Notes: generated by a model from the sequence alone, not told the origin. Positions 21,696 through 33,608 are shown, counted from the stretch's first letter. The stretch is 64,000 nucleotides of DNA from an uncultured Candidatus Saccharibacteria bacterium (GCA_964635125.1 CAZWMQ010000002.1:47591-111590), one strand, 5' to 3'. Numbers and translations are program-made.

Positions 21696-22087
21696 CCCAC
21701 ACTATAAAGCTCTCTTTAAATCTTCAAAATCTAAAGAGAGAAAATAGGGTGCCGGTAAATTGGTACTACTCAATAATGGATCATACTGAACGTTACTCGT
21801 ATGATTAGGCTTTTTTTCTTCCGAACCCCAACTTCAAAGATTTCTTTTACAAGAAATAAATCCATTGTTTGTCGAACAAAAATGCTATTACTTTCAACAT
21901 GACTGTGATTGCATATTGAAAAACATTTCTGACGGAGGTGTTTCGCTTTCCTATCAACACCTCGTAGCGTTTACTAAAACTCTGCAGTTCTAGCTGATCA
22001 TTTAAGACCATTTCTCATTATTAACTAATCTCATACCAATTCCCGAGCAATACTTTCAAGCTCATAAAAAGAGCTTTATAGTGTGGG
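21696..22087 (-). repeat. 392-bp insertion in 23S flanked by perfect 18/19-bp inverted repeats
   Basis: 'CCCACACTATAAAGCTCTC' at 21696-21714 and 'AGAGCTTTATAGTGTGGG' at 22070-22087. Confidence 0.55.
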
Positions 22088-22691
22088 CAAGCCTTATTGC
22101 TAACTTACGGCTGCTTTTTTGCCTAGTTCCTTGGGGAGAAATCACTCGTTCGCCTTGGTCTACTCGACCTGAATACCTGTGTCGGTTTGCGGTACGGACT
22201 TATATAAATTTAAAGTATTGCGGATTTTGTGAATAATGTATCCTAGATGACTAGCTACATTATTCACAAAGCAATATCTACTATTCAGTAGATGTAGAAA
22301 CTTTTCTCGGCACAGTGCTCCTTTATCTTCACCGGTATTGCTACAAGCTTCACTTCATAACTCTCGGTATTCAAGAACTGATTTACATGCTCTTGCCAAT
22401 CATTACAAAGACCACAATCTGATAAGTGGCATAAAATACAACCATGCGTCATTCCATCACATTTATACAAGGTAAAGGAATATTAACCTTTTGTCCATCG
22501 CCTACGGCTCATCGCCATCGGCTTAGGCCCGACTAACTCTTCGCTGACAACCATTGCGAAGAAAACCTTATTCTTTCGGCGTGGGGGGATCTCACCCCCA
22601 TTGCGGTTACTTGTGCCAACATTCGTACTTCTACACGCTCCACGGCGGGTCACCCCTTCCGCTTCATCGCAGAGTAGAACACTCGTCTACC

Positions 22692-22836
22692 GATTGTAAT
22701 TTTCACAAGAAAGAGAAATAACTATTTACTAATTAGGGCGAAGGTCTGACTAATAAATTTATTAAAAAATAAATTTATTAATTCTGCTTCCAAACTATTA
22801 GTCATAATACTTATCTCCCTTGTGAAAATTACAATC
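22692..22836 (-). repeat. 145-bp intervening sequence in 23S flanked by perfect 18-bp inverted repeats (helix-45-type IVS)
   Basis: 'GATTGTAATTTTCACAAG' at 22692-22709 and 'CTTGTGAAAATTACAATC' at 22819-22836. AT-rich interior with a duplicated 12-bp palindrome 'AATAAATTTATT'. Lies ~1.2 kb from the 23S 5' end. Confidence 0.6.
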
Positions 22837-22911
22837 CCTAAACTTCGGTGATATGTTTGAGTCCCGATCATCTGTGGCGCAGAATCTCTCGATGGGTGAG
22901 CTGTTACGCTA

Positions 22912-22946
<35 letters not shown>

Positions 22947-23520
22947 CATTGTCAATGAAATTCCACCTCCTCACTTACACTTAACATATACTTAGGGACC
23001 TTAATTTTAGATCTGGGCTGTTTCCCTTTTGACCACCGGAGCTTCGCCCCCGGAGTCTTACTGCTAGACTATTAAACTTTGGTATTCGGAGTTTGATAGG
23101 TATTGCCGTATTTCTACTAGTCAAGACCTTCCAGTGCTCTACCCCCAAAGCGAACATCTAACGCTATTCCTATAAATATTTCGACGAGAACCAGCTATTA
23201 CCAAGTTCGATTAGCTTTTCACTCCAACCCACAAGTCATCCAAAAGAGTCGCACGACTTACTAGTTCGGGCCTCCACTTATCTTTCGACAAGCTTCGCCC
23301 TGCTCATGGGTAGCTCACCTGGCTTCGGGTCTTTATTATTCAACTATTATTTCGCGCTATTCACACTCGCTTTCGCTTATGACTCCATCACTTTATACGA
23401 CTTAGTCAGCTGAATAATAAAACTCGTTGGCTCATTCTTCAATAGGCACGCAGTCGAGGTGCAAGCACCTCTCCTACTCTTTGTAAACATATGGTTTCAG
23501 TTCTATTTCACTCCCCTCCC

Positions 23521-23564
<44 letters not shown>

Positions 23565-24454
23565 ACTCAAGGAATATTTAGCCTTACCGGTTAGTTCCGG
23601 CAGATTCACCCGAGCTATTCGTGTCTCGAGTTACTCAGGATAAGAGATAAAAAAGAGTTAAATATTTCGAATACGGGACTATCACCCTCTTTGGTGCTAC
23701 TTTCCAATAGCTTATACTATAAATAACTTTTGTAACTTTCCTAGATAATTCTACATCTCTTCCCTACAACCAACTTAGTATTACTACTAAGAATTTGGGC
23801 TTCTCTGTTTTCGCTCGCCGCTACTTGCAGAATAACATTGTTTTCTTTTCCTGTGGGTACTGAAATGTTTTACTTCCCCACGTACGCTTCTAAAGATATG
23901 CTCCCTAGATTCCAAGACTTTACTCTTGGAGAGTTTCCTCATTCAGATATCTTCGGATCGAAGGTTAAAAGGCACCTCCCCGAAGCTTATCGCAGCCTAA
24001 TCACGTCTTTCATCGCTTCCTTGAACCAAGGCATCCACCTTATGCTCTTATTTCCTATTAGGAAATATATTTACCATCTTTATTTTTAACACCGCTGTCA
24101 AAAATAAATATTATTTTTATACAGTGTCTATATTATTCTCATAATATAGACTTACCTTTATTTTCACATCTATATACATTGCCTGAAAAGACCCCAAGAT
24201 ATTTGGGATATCAAATTGTGCAATGCTATAGGATTCTATTGACAAATAACTTGTCTAAATTTTTGAAAATAAAAACCGCTTTTTAAGCGGCGACTAAAAA
24301 CACTTTTTAGAAGCTGCTTAATTTTTCTGTTTTAAATTCAACATATTTAGGTCTTTCAATATTAACATAATGGAAATAAAAATGCAAACCAATCTGATAT
24401 CTAATTGCTAGTATCTAGTTTCTAGTTAAAATAACCTTTCTAGATAACTATAGG

Positions 24455-25771
24455 TTATTTCGGAAGGTAATTTAGAGGATTAAGGTAAGCATTTAATGGA
24501 GCATATGGCATGACCATATAAGTTCCGCAAGTTCGGCTCTTATATTCCTTTGGACCAAATATTTTTACTGCATCGGAAGCAATTACCGTAAAGTGTAAAT
24601 GTGGCCCGGTCACATAGCCAGTTTCTCCGGATAAGCCAATCTGCTCTCCAGTTGATACTGTTTGTCCTTCTTTAACATCTATTACTGATAAATGCCCATA
24701 TAAAGTAGATAGTCCATTATTGTGTTTAATTAATACCCATTTACCATAGCTCGCTTTTTTACAAGCAAGATCAGTATTACCTGTTCCCATTACTATCCCA
24801 TCGCTAGCAGCCGTAACTTTAGTTCCAACTGAAGCTCCCAAGTCAATCCCATTATGACCATGACCATTATAAGCACCGGTCGCGGCAAAATCTGTGTCTC
24901 CAAAATATTGAGTGATAATATGTTTCTCCATTGGTCAAACTAATCCATTCCCTGTTGATGGTAATTTACTTTTATCTAAAATGTATTTTATTTTAGATTC
25001 ATAATCATTAATCTCATCTTGTAGATCTTCTACTTTGTTTTTATTTGCTTTAATTATAGCTTGATATTCTGCTTCTTCATTTTTAGTTTCTCTTAATAGA
25101 GAATTCTGCTCATCTTGATTATCTTTTATTAAACTTTGACGACTATTTAGATCTCGTGAGAGATTATTTAATTTATTTTTCTGATCGAGATAAATATTCT
25201 TATTATCCTCTAAATCCGAGATAGCTCCGTTAATTAAAGCAATCTTTTCAGTTAAAATTCCATTAAATGAGGTTAATTTATAAGTAGTGTTTAAAAAATC
25301 ACTCAAATTTCCGTCCCCTGCTTTAATTATATTTAAAAGAAAGTTATCTTTATCACCATATTCTCTTATTTCTTGTAAAGTATTAACTATTGCTTCTCGA
25401 TTTTCAGAAATTATATCGTTATTATCACTAATCTTATTAACCGTAGTTAAAATATTATTTTCAGCATTTTTAATTTTGAGATTGTTGAGTGAGATTTGAT
25501 TTTGTAAATCTTTCTTTTGAGATTCTAATTTTTGTATGGCCTTTTTTAAAGTATCTGCTTCGGCTTGAGTAGTGGCGACCTTATTACTATATTTATCAAT
25601 CTCAGCTTGGAGATCTGCAATCTGTTGATTACGATTATCTATTTCTTTTTGAAATTGAGTTATGTCTTGGGCAGAAGCTAACTTAATAGATATTTTAAAT
25701 AAAAATATTGAAAAAAAGAAAATTAATAACACCAAAAATACATTAATTGTTAATATCTTCTTACCCACCAT
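24455..25771 (-). CDS. EnvC-like M23 metallopeptidase: N-terminal TM, long coiled coil, C-terminal M23 domain. Merges 2 track ORFs through TGA
   Basis: The coiled-coil ORF (25771-24935) and the M23 ORF (24931-24455) share one frame across TGA at 24932-24934. That gives '...GNGLV-W-PMEKHIITQYFGDTDF', the conserved M23 'WP..G.I.S.FG' motif. Catalytic 'HNGIDLG' and 'GPHLHF' are present. Confidence 0.75.
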
Positions 25772-25834
25772 ATTAATATTATTATAACAAAATATTTATA
25801 CTTTTATAATAAATTATTAATATTTATACAAAAC

Positions 25835-25866
25835 AAAAACACCCGATAATTTATCGGGTGTTTTGC
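25835..25866 (-). terminator. rho-independent terminator (bidirectional hairpin)
   Basis: 'AAAAACACCCGATAATTTATCGGGTGTTTT'. Confidence 0.7.
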
Positions 25867-26037
25867 TATTCACTTTCGCCTTCGGTTCGCTGTAATTATG
25901 TAAGCGACTTTAAGCTTTCATGAATATATTTTATCCACCGTCGCCGAAGCTATGGCGGGACAAAGCAGAACTAATTGTTCTTAAACTTGATCTAAGAATA
26001 TATTGCTATATTTTTAGATTTTAGAATTAGATACAGA

Positions 26038-29000
26038 TTAGTATACATTGTAAGTAGTTAACAAAGTACCAAGTTTAGCTGTTGAAGAAGCATAATTGGT
26101 TACTCCGTCAATCACATCAGACCATTTGAAATTGGCTGCTGCACCGACTGTTACATCGTATGTCTGTGAATTTGATGATCCGTTGACAATGTCTCCATAG
26201 ATATCAAAGTTTACAGATTGTCCAGCTCCAATTCTGTATCCAGAAGCGAAGGTTGTGCTAGTTGCAGAAGCTACTCCAGAAATTGTAGTAACATCTGTAC
26301 CATTAGCTTTAACTACTACATTGCTTGCTGATACTGAGAAAGGAAGAACGAACATTGTTACATCTCCATGAGAATCTGCGGCAACATTAATTGTTCCGAT
26401 CTTAACTCCAGTAGTTGTTCCAGAATTTACTGAAACTCCACTTGTAGTCTTCTTTACAGTAGGTAGAGAAGCTACTAAAGTCATAGTATTAGCGGCAACT
26501 GAAGGGGTAATTGTAGTCTGAGTTCCACCAGCAGTATATTTAACTGAAGTTAAAGTAATTGTGCTAGTTGATCCTGAATCTACACCTCCTTGATTAGTTT
26601 GAGTAACAGCTGAGTAAGTAATAGCTACTGGAATATTTAATCCTGAAGCACCTGAAGTAACTCCTAGATTAATTCCGTAGAAATTAGCTACACCGCTAAT
26701 TACATTAGCTGTAACACCATTGATAGTTAGAGATTGAACTCCGGTACCACCAACTGTAAATCCTAAGTCATTTAGAGTTGCATTACCATTAGTTGATACT
26801 ACGTTGTAAGTAGCTACAGCATTAACTGTAGATCCTCCAATTAAATATCGATTTCCAAGAGTAGAAGCAGTTACTAAAGTAGGAGTTCCAACTGAGACAG
26901 AAGCTGCTGTCATAGTAGGAGCAGTTGCTGATTGAGTATTAGTTACAGAAGAAACAGTTCCTCTGTAGCTTACAGTTGAAGAAGCAATAATAGTATATCC
27001 ATTAGTAATCTCAAGAGTATCTACCCAGACTTCAATAGTCTTAGTAGTTCCAGCAGGAACAGTGTAATTTACTGAGAAATTATTAGTTCCAGTTACTGGG
27101 ACAATAGTTTGTGAACCATCAGTAATTCTTAAGTTAGTATAATCTACTCCAGCTGAAGCAGTTCCACCTAAGATTACATTAATGTTAGTAACATTAATAG
27201 CCTCAGATGAACCAGCTTGTAGAGCAAATGATCCAATCTTAACTCCTGTTTGATTCTTAGAAATATTAGCTGCAGTAAATCCAGCAGTTGCTCCGTAAGC
27301 AACATTACCAGAATTAATAGACAAAGATTGTCCAGTAGCTGTAGGAACGGATATTGTGTTGTATGAATATTGTCCTTGAGCTAAGTTAGAGCTTGATGAA
27401 GCTACATCAACTCTAAGAGTACCTGAAGTAATATTTGCATTACCACTATTTACTAAGTCACCTTTAACTTCAACGACTGCTGAAGATCCAGCAGGAATAA
27501 TTAAGTTAGAACCTAAGTTGAAAGTAGTGTTAGATCCAAGAGTTAATTGAACTCCGGAAGAAACAGCTGCTCCATTGACATAGACAGTAACATTATTAAT
27601 CGCTGTAGTTGTAGGACTTAGAGCTACAGTAGCTGTAGCATTAAGGGTAAGATTTTGAACTTTCACATCTTCTCCATAAGCATAGAACTTATAAGAAGCT
27701 AAAGTTTGATTAACTGAGCCACCAACTACTGTTGAAGCAGCGAAGGCTGAGTTTTGTGAAATAGTTAAAGATCCACCACTAATAGTAATTGTTCCAGCTT
27801 GTCCAGATGAACCTGTGAAGGCAGCTGAAGACTTAGTAACAGTTACATTAGCTCCATATAATTGTGAATCTTGTAATGCTACATCTCCAGCATTCTCAAG
27901 AGTTACATAGAAATTTCTACTTGATCCCTTAACAATATCAGCTCTAACATCAAAAGTGTGAGAACCAGTATTAAGTGATAAAGGACTCATTGAGTAGAAA
28001 GTTACATAACCATTAGCTGAGAAAGCTGAGGCATTAGCAAATTGAACTCCATCTACATATAATTTAACATTAGCTAATGAATCTACCGGAGCAGATCCAA
28101 TCATTCGGAAAGTCATAGAACCTAGATTAACAGCTCTAGTTCCAACATTAAGTGCTGAAGACCAGACTGTCGCTCCAGTTACACCTGCATTCATAGAAGT
28201 AGAAGCAGGAGTGATTGTTCCGAAATCAGCTGTAGCTAAAGTAGCTGAAGCAATTGGAAGAGCAGGACCGTTTAATCCTGAAACCATTGCCATAGAGCTA
28301 CCCATAACTGTATAACCAGTTAAAGATACTCCAACTGATTGTCCTGATGAAGATCCAGCAATATCAGCTAGAACAGAGACTGTTCTTGAGCCAGATACTG
28401 CAAATATTCCAGAAGCATTGTTAAATGTGATTGTGCCGTCAGTTAAAACTGAAGCAGCATCAGTTAATCTAGCACCAGTCATAGCATCATATAAATATAC
28501 ATTAGATAATGTACTATTATTAGATACACCTAATCTAGATAACTTAACACTAACTACAGAACCATTACCTGTGAAGACAAAGTCAGCTAATTTAGCTCTA
28601 GCTGAACCTTGTACTAATACATTACTTGGTTGTACTGAAGAAAGTGAAACACTAACCGCTCCTGAAGTAGGATTAGTTGGGTTAGTAGGATTAGTTGGAT
28701 TGGTTGGACCAGAACAACTATTCATAGCTCCTCTTGATGAAGAACCAAAGAATCCTGTTCCTTGAGCTAATCCCCAAGGTGCTAATACTGTTGCAGCATT
28801 AGCATTTTGCCAAGCAATAACGGCAGCCTTAGTTAAGCCACCGAAATATGAAGTCTCCATTCCTGGAGATCCAGCACCACTTGCAGCAATTTGAAATCCT
28901 TTAGAGTTAAGAGCTTGTTGTAAAGCTTTAACATCTGCTCCAGAAGCTCCTAGAGAAAGATTTCTTGTGAATTGATAGCAAGCTGGAGCTGATTGAGCTG

Positions 29001-29073
29001 AAGCAAGCATTGCTCCAGCTAAAGCACCCGCTGAGATAGCAGCTAAAGCTGCTGTCTTTAATTTGAAATTCAT
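26038..29073 (-). CDS. S-layer-like large surface protein: signal peptide, peptidoglycan-binding domain, (PTN)4 linker and a long A/S/T/G/V/N-rich beta-repeat region
   Basis: Signal peptide 'MNFKLKTAALAAISAGALAGAMLASA'. PG_binding_1-like 'LSLGASGADVKALQQALNSKGFQIAASGAGSPGMETSYFGGLTKAAVIAWQ'. Codon usage differs from its neighbours (GC-richer third positions), consistent with very high expression. A leader hairpin and promoter lie upstream. Confidence 0.7.
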   Translation of the reverse strand: MNFKLKTAALAAISAGALAGAMLASAQSAPACYQFTRNLSLGASGADVKALQQALNSKGFQIAASGAGSPGMETSYFGGLTKAAVIAWQNANAATVLAPWGLAQGTGFFGSSSRGAMNSCSGPTNPTNPTNPTNPTSGAVSVSLSSVQPSNVLVQGSARAKLADFVFTGNGSVVSVKLSRLGVSNNSTLSNVYLYDAMTGARLTDAASVLTDGTITFNNASGIFAVSGSRTVSVLADIAGSSSGQSVGVSLTGYTVMGSSMAMVSGLNGPALPIASATLATADFGTITPASTSMNAGVTGATVWSSALNVGTRAVNLGSMTFRMIGSAPVDSLANVKLYVDGVQFANASAFSANGYVTFYSMSPLSLNTGSHTFDVRADIVKGSSRNFYVTLENAGDVALQDSQLYGANVTVTKSSAAFTGSSGQAGTITISGGSLTISQNSAFAASTVVGGSVNQTLASYKFYAYGEDVKVQNLTLNATATVALSPTTTAINNVTVYVNGAAVSSGVQLTLGSNTTFNLGSNLIIPAGSSAVVEVKGDLVNSGNANITSGTLRVDVASSSSNLAQGQYSYNTISVPTATGQSLSINSGNVAYGATAGFTAANISKNQTGVKIGSFALQAGSSEAINVTNINVILGGTASAGVDYTNLRITDGSQTIVPVTGTNNFSVNYTVPAGTTKTIEVWVDTLEITNGYTIIASSTVSYRGTVSSVTNTQSATAPTMTAASVSVGTPTLVTASTLGNRYLIGGSTVNAVATYNVVSTNGNATLNDLGFTVGGTGVQSLTINGVTANVISGVANFYGINLGVTSGASGLNIPVAITYSAVTQTNQGGVDSGSTSTITLTSVKYTAGGTQTTITPSVAANTMTLVASLPTVKKTTSGVSVNSGTTTGVKIGTINVAADSHGDVTMFVLPFSVSASNVVVKANGTDVTTISGVASATSTTFASGYRIGAGQSVNFDIYGDIVNGSSNSQTYDVTVGAAANFKWSDVIDGVTNYASSTAKLGTLLTTYNVY

Positions 29074-29490
29074 AAAATTTTTATAAAATTTATAATTTGT
29101 TTTGATCTTTTTATAGTGATCGAAGGATAAATATTTTCTTAAATGCTTTCGACAAGCAAAAATATTTAGTCCTCATGACTAAATCAATCGTCGTCGATTA
29201 ACTTATAAAAATTTCCGTAAAAAACTTTTACTTATTAATCTGCGATTGAATATATTACATTAATTAGGGTTAATTTAATTAATAATAAACTAATAATATT
29301 TTCTAATCTGTATCTATATTCTATTGCCAACGATCAATCTAGTTTTTTGGATACCTATAATAACTTATAAATGTATCTCAAATACCAGAGGACGCCCTAA
29401 CCAGAGACAGGTCGTCTAATAGATAATATAGCATAAAAATAAAGGAAATAAAATAATAGAAGTCTATATTGTGTATAAGTTAAGAAAGTT

Positions 29491-29530
29491 AAGACCGGGC
29501 GACCGCGAATGCGGTCGCCCGGTCTTATTC
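29491..29530 (-). terminator. rho-independent terminator (perfect 16-bp stem)
   Basis: 'AAGACCGGGCGACCGC-GAAT-GCGGTCGCCCGGTCTT'. Confidence 0.8.
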
Positions 29531-29547
29531 TTAAAACTTACAACTTA

Positions 29548-30372
29548 TTAGCTTATTAACTTGTAACGACTCCATCTTTTCTCCCCTATTTTCTCAATTT
29601 TTCCATCTTCTAAAAGATTATTTATCTCTCTTTGTAGAGTTTTTAAAGAACATCCGATAATTTTTTTAGAAATATCTTTAATAGAAACCTCTACTCCTCT
29701 ACTAAATACTCCTAAGATTTGCTCTTTACGATTTTGTCTATATCCTATATTTCTTTTATTTTTAGATTCACTTTTAGAATTGATTACTTTCTTAGTTGCC
29801 ACCTTAAAATTTGTCTTAATGTCTTTTACAAAACTAATGTCGTTTAGATTTTCTAAATGTCGTTTATCTGTTGAATCATTACTATGATATTGTTTATTAT
29901 TTTTACTATTCAAATTACGATTAGTTAAAACATCAAAAGATGTATTTGGGTTAGGAAAATTATTTTTAAAAGATTCTCTTTCTAAATTAAAAAAGAAATC
30001 TTCTTCAACTATACTTATATCTTGTTTATCAAATCTAAATTGCTCTTCTATTAAAACATGCTCTACAGATCTTAATGCTTGTATAACAATCTCGCAATTC
30101 ATAGTAGAAATTAAATTAGAGTTCTTAGCTAAATTTATATATAAAATTAATAATGAAACATAATCTAAAGAATCTTTATAAAGTGAAAATAAATCTTTTG
30201 AGTTATTATAGGCGATTAAATTAATCTCCTTCAAAAGCAAGTTGCCTGTACTTCTTAATTCTAGTTTAAGGTCCTCTGTGTCGTTAAGAAATTGAGATAT
30301 TAAATAAACGGCGGTAACTACCTTTTCTGTTTTCTTAGCTAATAATAAATTGAGCTCCGAATTATTTTTCAT
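29548..30372 (-). CDS. hypothetical protein with a C-terminal winged-helix DNA-binding-like domain
   Basis: C-terminal 'GYRQNRKEQILGVFSRGVEVSIKDISKKIIGCSLKTLQREINNLLEDGKIEKIGEKRWSRY'. Confidence 0.35.
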   Translation of the reverse strand: MKNNSELNLLLAKKTEKVVTAVYLISQFLNDTEDLKLELRSTGNLLLKEINLIAYNNSKDLFSLYKDSLDYVSLLILYINLAKNSNLISTMNCEIVIQALRSVEHVLIEEQFRFDKQDISIVEEDFFFNLERESFKNNFPNPNTSFDVLTNRNLNSKNNKQYHSNDSTDKRHLENLNDISFVKDIKTNFKVATKKVINSKSESKNKRNIGYRQNRKEQILGVFSRGVEVSIKDISKKIIGCSLKTLQREINNLLEDGKIEKIGEKRWSRYKLIS

Positions 30373-30454
30373 ATTTACTCAATAAAATACTATACTTTTA
30401 TTTAAAATAATGCAAGTTATCTAAGGATTCCAAAAATTACCTTTATACTATAAA

Positions 30455-30640
30455 AAGTAAGATGTCTTTTATAATTAATTTATTTACGTCTTTTATAAGT
30501 TACCAAGTTTATTGTGTCCTTTATTTTTTAAGATGCCTTATTCTTGTCGTTTATAATAATAAAATATGTCCTTTATTTTCTAAAAGACAACAGCGACTTG
30601 TCTTTTATAATTATATTTTGTTTATCTTCAACTTTGAATA
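30455..30640. promoter_or_regulatory. six iteron-like direct repeats TGTC(T/C)TTTATAA at ~25-33 bp spacing, in a divergent intergenic region
   Basis: Copies begin at ~30459, 30486, 30515, 30545, 30567 and 30600. Confidence 0.5.
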
Positions 30641-30732
30641 AAGTATTGCTATTCAAAAATAAGTATTTTATTCAAAGAATACTTAAGTGTAATTTAATTA
30701 TGTTATAATTTTTATAACTTAATTATTTAAGT

Positions 30733-33192
30733 GTGATTTTTATGGCTAAAACTAAAAGTATAGATACAAATGACTACGAAGCTCCATCTCTACCTTTTTC
30801 TAAAAAACCTAGAAATAGAGCGGTTAATGATGGGATTATATCTATAGTACTATTTCTAATTGGTATATTCATCTTACTAGCTGCTTTTGATGCTGCTGGC
30901 AATGCTGGAAAAATATTCTTTGGGCTTTTAGCGAAAATATTTGGGTTCATTGCTTACTTTGTATGGATAGTATTTTTTATATTAGGGTATAGATACTGAG
31001 TAAAAGATAAATATAAATATAATTTTGGTACATTATCTATCTTAAATGTAATCCTAATGATTTTTTCTCTAACTACTTTTACGGCCTCTCTAAATATTAA
31101 TTTTTCAGGAATAATTGGTAAAATAATAAATCATTTTCTTAAAAATGCTTTTGGAAATATTTTACCTAGTATTATTTCTTTAGCAGTGTTTTTGATTTCT
31201 TTTATCATTCTTTATGAAGACAAACCAAAGCTAAAAATTAAAACTGAAAAAGTAGATAAATTTAATAACTATGTATCAAACACTGCGACAATAGCTAGTA
31301 AAACTTCTAAAAATACTTTCATTAGAATTTGGAAATTTATACTTTCTTTATTTACTTTTAAGAAAATAAATAATCGAGTTGATTTGGAAGAGGATATAGT
31401 TGATGGAGACTTTAAAAACAATCACAGTCTACATTCTGAATTAATGTCAAATATTTATCAGGAAAAAGATTCTTCAACCACTTCAATATCTAATGCGGAT
31501 TATCAAATCCAAAATGTAAATTCTACTTCAGCAGATATTAATAAAGTCAATCTTAAAAAAGAATCTCCACAAGAGTTAGCTAAATTTGAAGAAAAAGTTG
31601 CGAAAAGTATTGAAGCTGAAACCAAGCCTGTAACAATAGAGGAAAAATTTACTCCGCCTGATCTTATTCTTTTAAATGAAGATACCGGAAAGTCTTCAGC
31701 TGGAGATTCTAAATTCAAAATGAATGTCATCCAAAAAGTCTTAAATCAATTTAATATTCCGGTAGAAATGGGAGAAGTAACTGTTGGACCATCTGTAACT
31801 CAATTTACTCTTAAACCAGCTCAGGGAGTTAATGTTAGAAAAATTCTGACCTTAAAAGATAACTTACAAATGGCTTTATCAGCAACCAATATGCACATTG
31901 AAGCTCCAATTCCTGGGAAACCTTTTATTGGAGTAGAAATACCAAATGAAAAGAAAACTCGCCTTGGATTAAGAAGTTTGCTTGGGATAGAAGAATTCCA
32001 AAATGGTCCAGCCCTATCCTTAGCAATTGGAAAAGATATAATTGGAAAACCAATCATCTCCAATCTAGCTAAGATGCCGCATCTCCTAGTCGCTGGAGCG
32101 ACTGGTACTGGAAAGTCAGTGACTTTACACAATCTAATCCTGTCTCTTTTATATAAAAATTCTCCATATGATCTCAAATTGATTATTCTAGATCCAAAAA
32201 GAGTCGAGTTTAATGCTTACAACTCTCTACCGCATCTTTATACTCCTATAATTAAAGATGCTAAAACTGCTATTAAAACTCTAAATTGGGCTATACAAGA
32301 AATGGATAGAAGATACGATGTACTTGGTGAATATGGTATGCCTAATTTAATAGATTACAATCAAAAAGTATTTAACCCTGCCTATGAAAAAGCCAAAAAG
32401 AAATCAGATGATGGTGACATAGTCACTAATCTTCCTCCTAAAATGCCTTATGTAGTGATTGTCTTTGATGAGTTTAATGACTTTATGCTTTCTTATCCTA
32501 AAGAAATAACTCCGATTATTACTTCTTTAACTCAAAAAGCTAGAGCAGCTGGAATTCACTTGATATTAACTACTCAAAGACCAGATGTTAAAGTTATTAC
32601 CGGAACAATTAAGGCTAATATTCCTTCTCGTATTGCTTTAAAAACTACTTCTCAAATAGATTCTCGAACTATTTTAGATCAAGCTGGAGCGGAAGATTTA
32701 CTAGGTAATGGAGATATGCTTTATATGAATGGTTCAAAAATTACCAGAGTCCAAGCTCCATTTGTTTCTTCTGAAGAAATAACTTCAGTAATTAAAGACA
32801 TTAAGAAAAAATATGATGATTTCTTACCTGATAATATAGATTTAAAAAGTATTAAAACTAATTCTTTAACTAATGGCTATAAAGAATTAGATAATCAAAG
32901 AGATAGTGAGGAGGAGCCGACTGAAGATGAAGATTATATGTCAGCTAGAGATTATGTTATCTCAACTGGTAAAGCTTCCACTAGTGCCTTACAAACCGCT
33001 TTCCGTTGAGGATATAATAAAGCCGCTCGGATTATGAATGATTTAGAGAAATATGGAGTTATAAGTTCTAACACTAATGGTAGATATAGAGAAGTATTGT
33101 TTGGTAAAAATTCTGAAAGTGAAGTCGAAAAATTAGAAGAAGAATTAGCTAATATGGAAAATACTAATAATAATGAGAGCGGTGACAGTAAT
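30733..33192 (+). CDS. ftsK: DNA translocase FtsK (N-terminal 4-TM domain + motor + gamma domain). Merges ORFs through 2 in-frame TGA
   Basis: TGA at 30997-30999 links the 88-aa membrane ORF to the 650-aa ATPase ORF. TGA at 33007-33009 links on to the 'GYNKAARIMNDLEKYGVIS' gamma-domain tail. Walker A 'VAGATGTGKSV'. Confidence 0.8.
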
Positions 33193-33203
33193 TAAAAATA
33201 AAA

Positions 33204-33608
33204 ATGAGAAATAATATTAATAAATTTGATAAAAAAGATTATATTAAAATCAAAAATAATTTTAGATTAAAACTTAAAAAGTTATTTTTTTTTGGATTTT
33301 TATCATTAATAATTATTTATTTAATTTTTAGTCTCTATAATTATATAATTGGTCCATTAATAATCATAAATTCTCCAAAACCCTATCAAATAATAAATAC
33401 TAAGACTTTTGAATTGATAGGACAAGTAAAGAATTCTAAAAGTATTTACATTAACGGTCGAGAAATACAAATAACTGAAAATGGAAATTTTGAAGAAACT
33501 CAAATTACTAAATCTCCTTACACTATTATTACAATCAAAGCTGTAGATAGATATGGAAAAGCTACTCAAAAAATCTTAACTTATGGAGTTAGTCAAGATA
33601 TTAATTAA
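33204..33608 (+). CDS. hypothetical membrane-anchored protein
   Basis: ORF with an N-terminal TM helix. Confidence 0.3.
   Translation: MRNNINKFDKKDYIKIKNNFRLKLKKLFFFGFLSLIIIYLIFSLYNYIIGPLIIINSPKPYQIINTKTFELIGQVKNSKSIYINGREIQITENGNFEETQITKSPYTIITIKAVDRYGKATQKILTYGVSQDIN

Noticed and set aside
22285-22470. Cys-rich 61-aa ORF inside the 23S gene, a possible homing-endonuclease remnant
   Set aside because: The underlying DNA aligns, as reverse complement, to an ordinary variable 23S region ('GGTTAATATTCCTTTACCTTG...'). The ORF is a chance reading frame within rRNA.
28418-28765. 115-aa plus-strand ORF
   Set aside because: It lies entirely inside the S-layer-like gene on the opposite strand, in a compositionally biased region.
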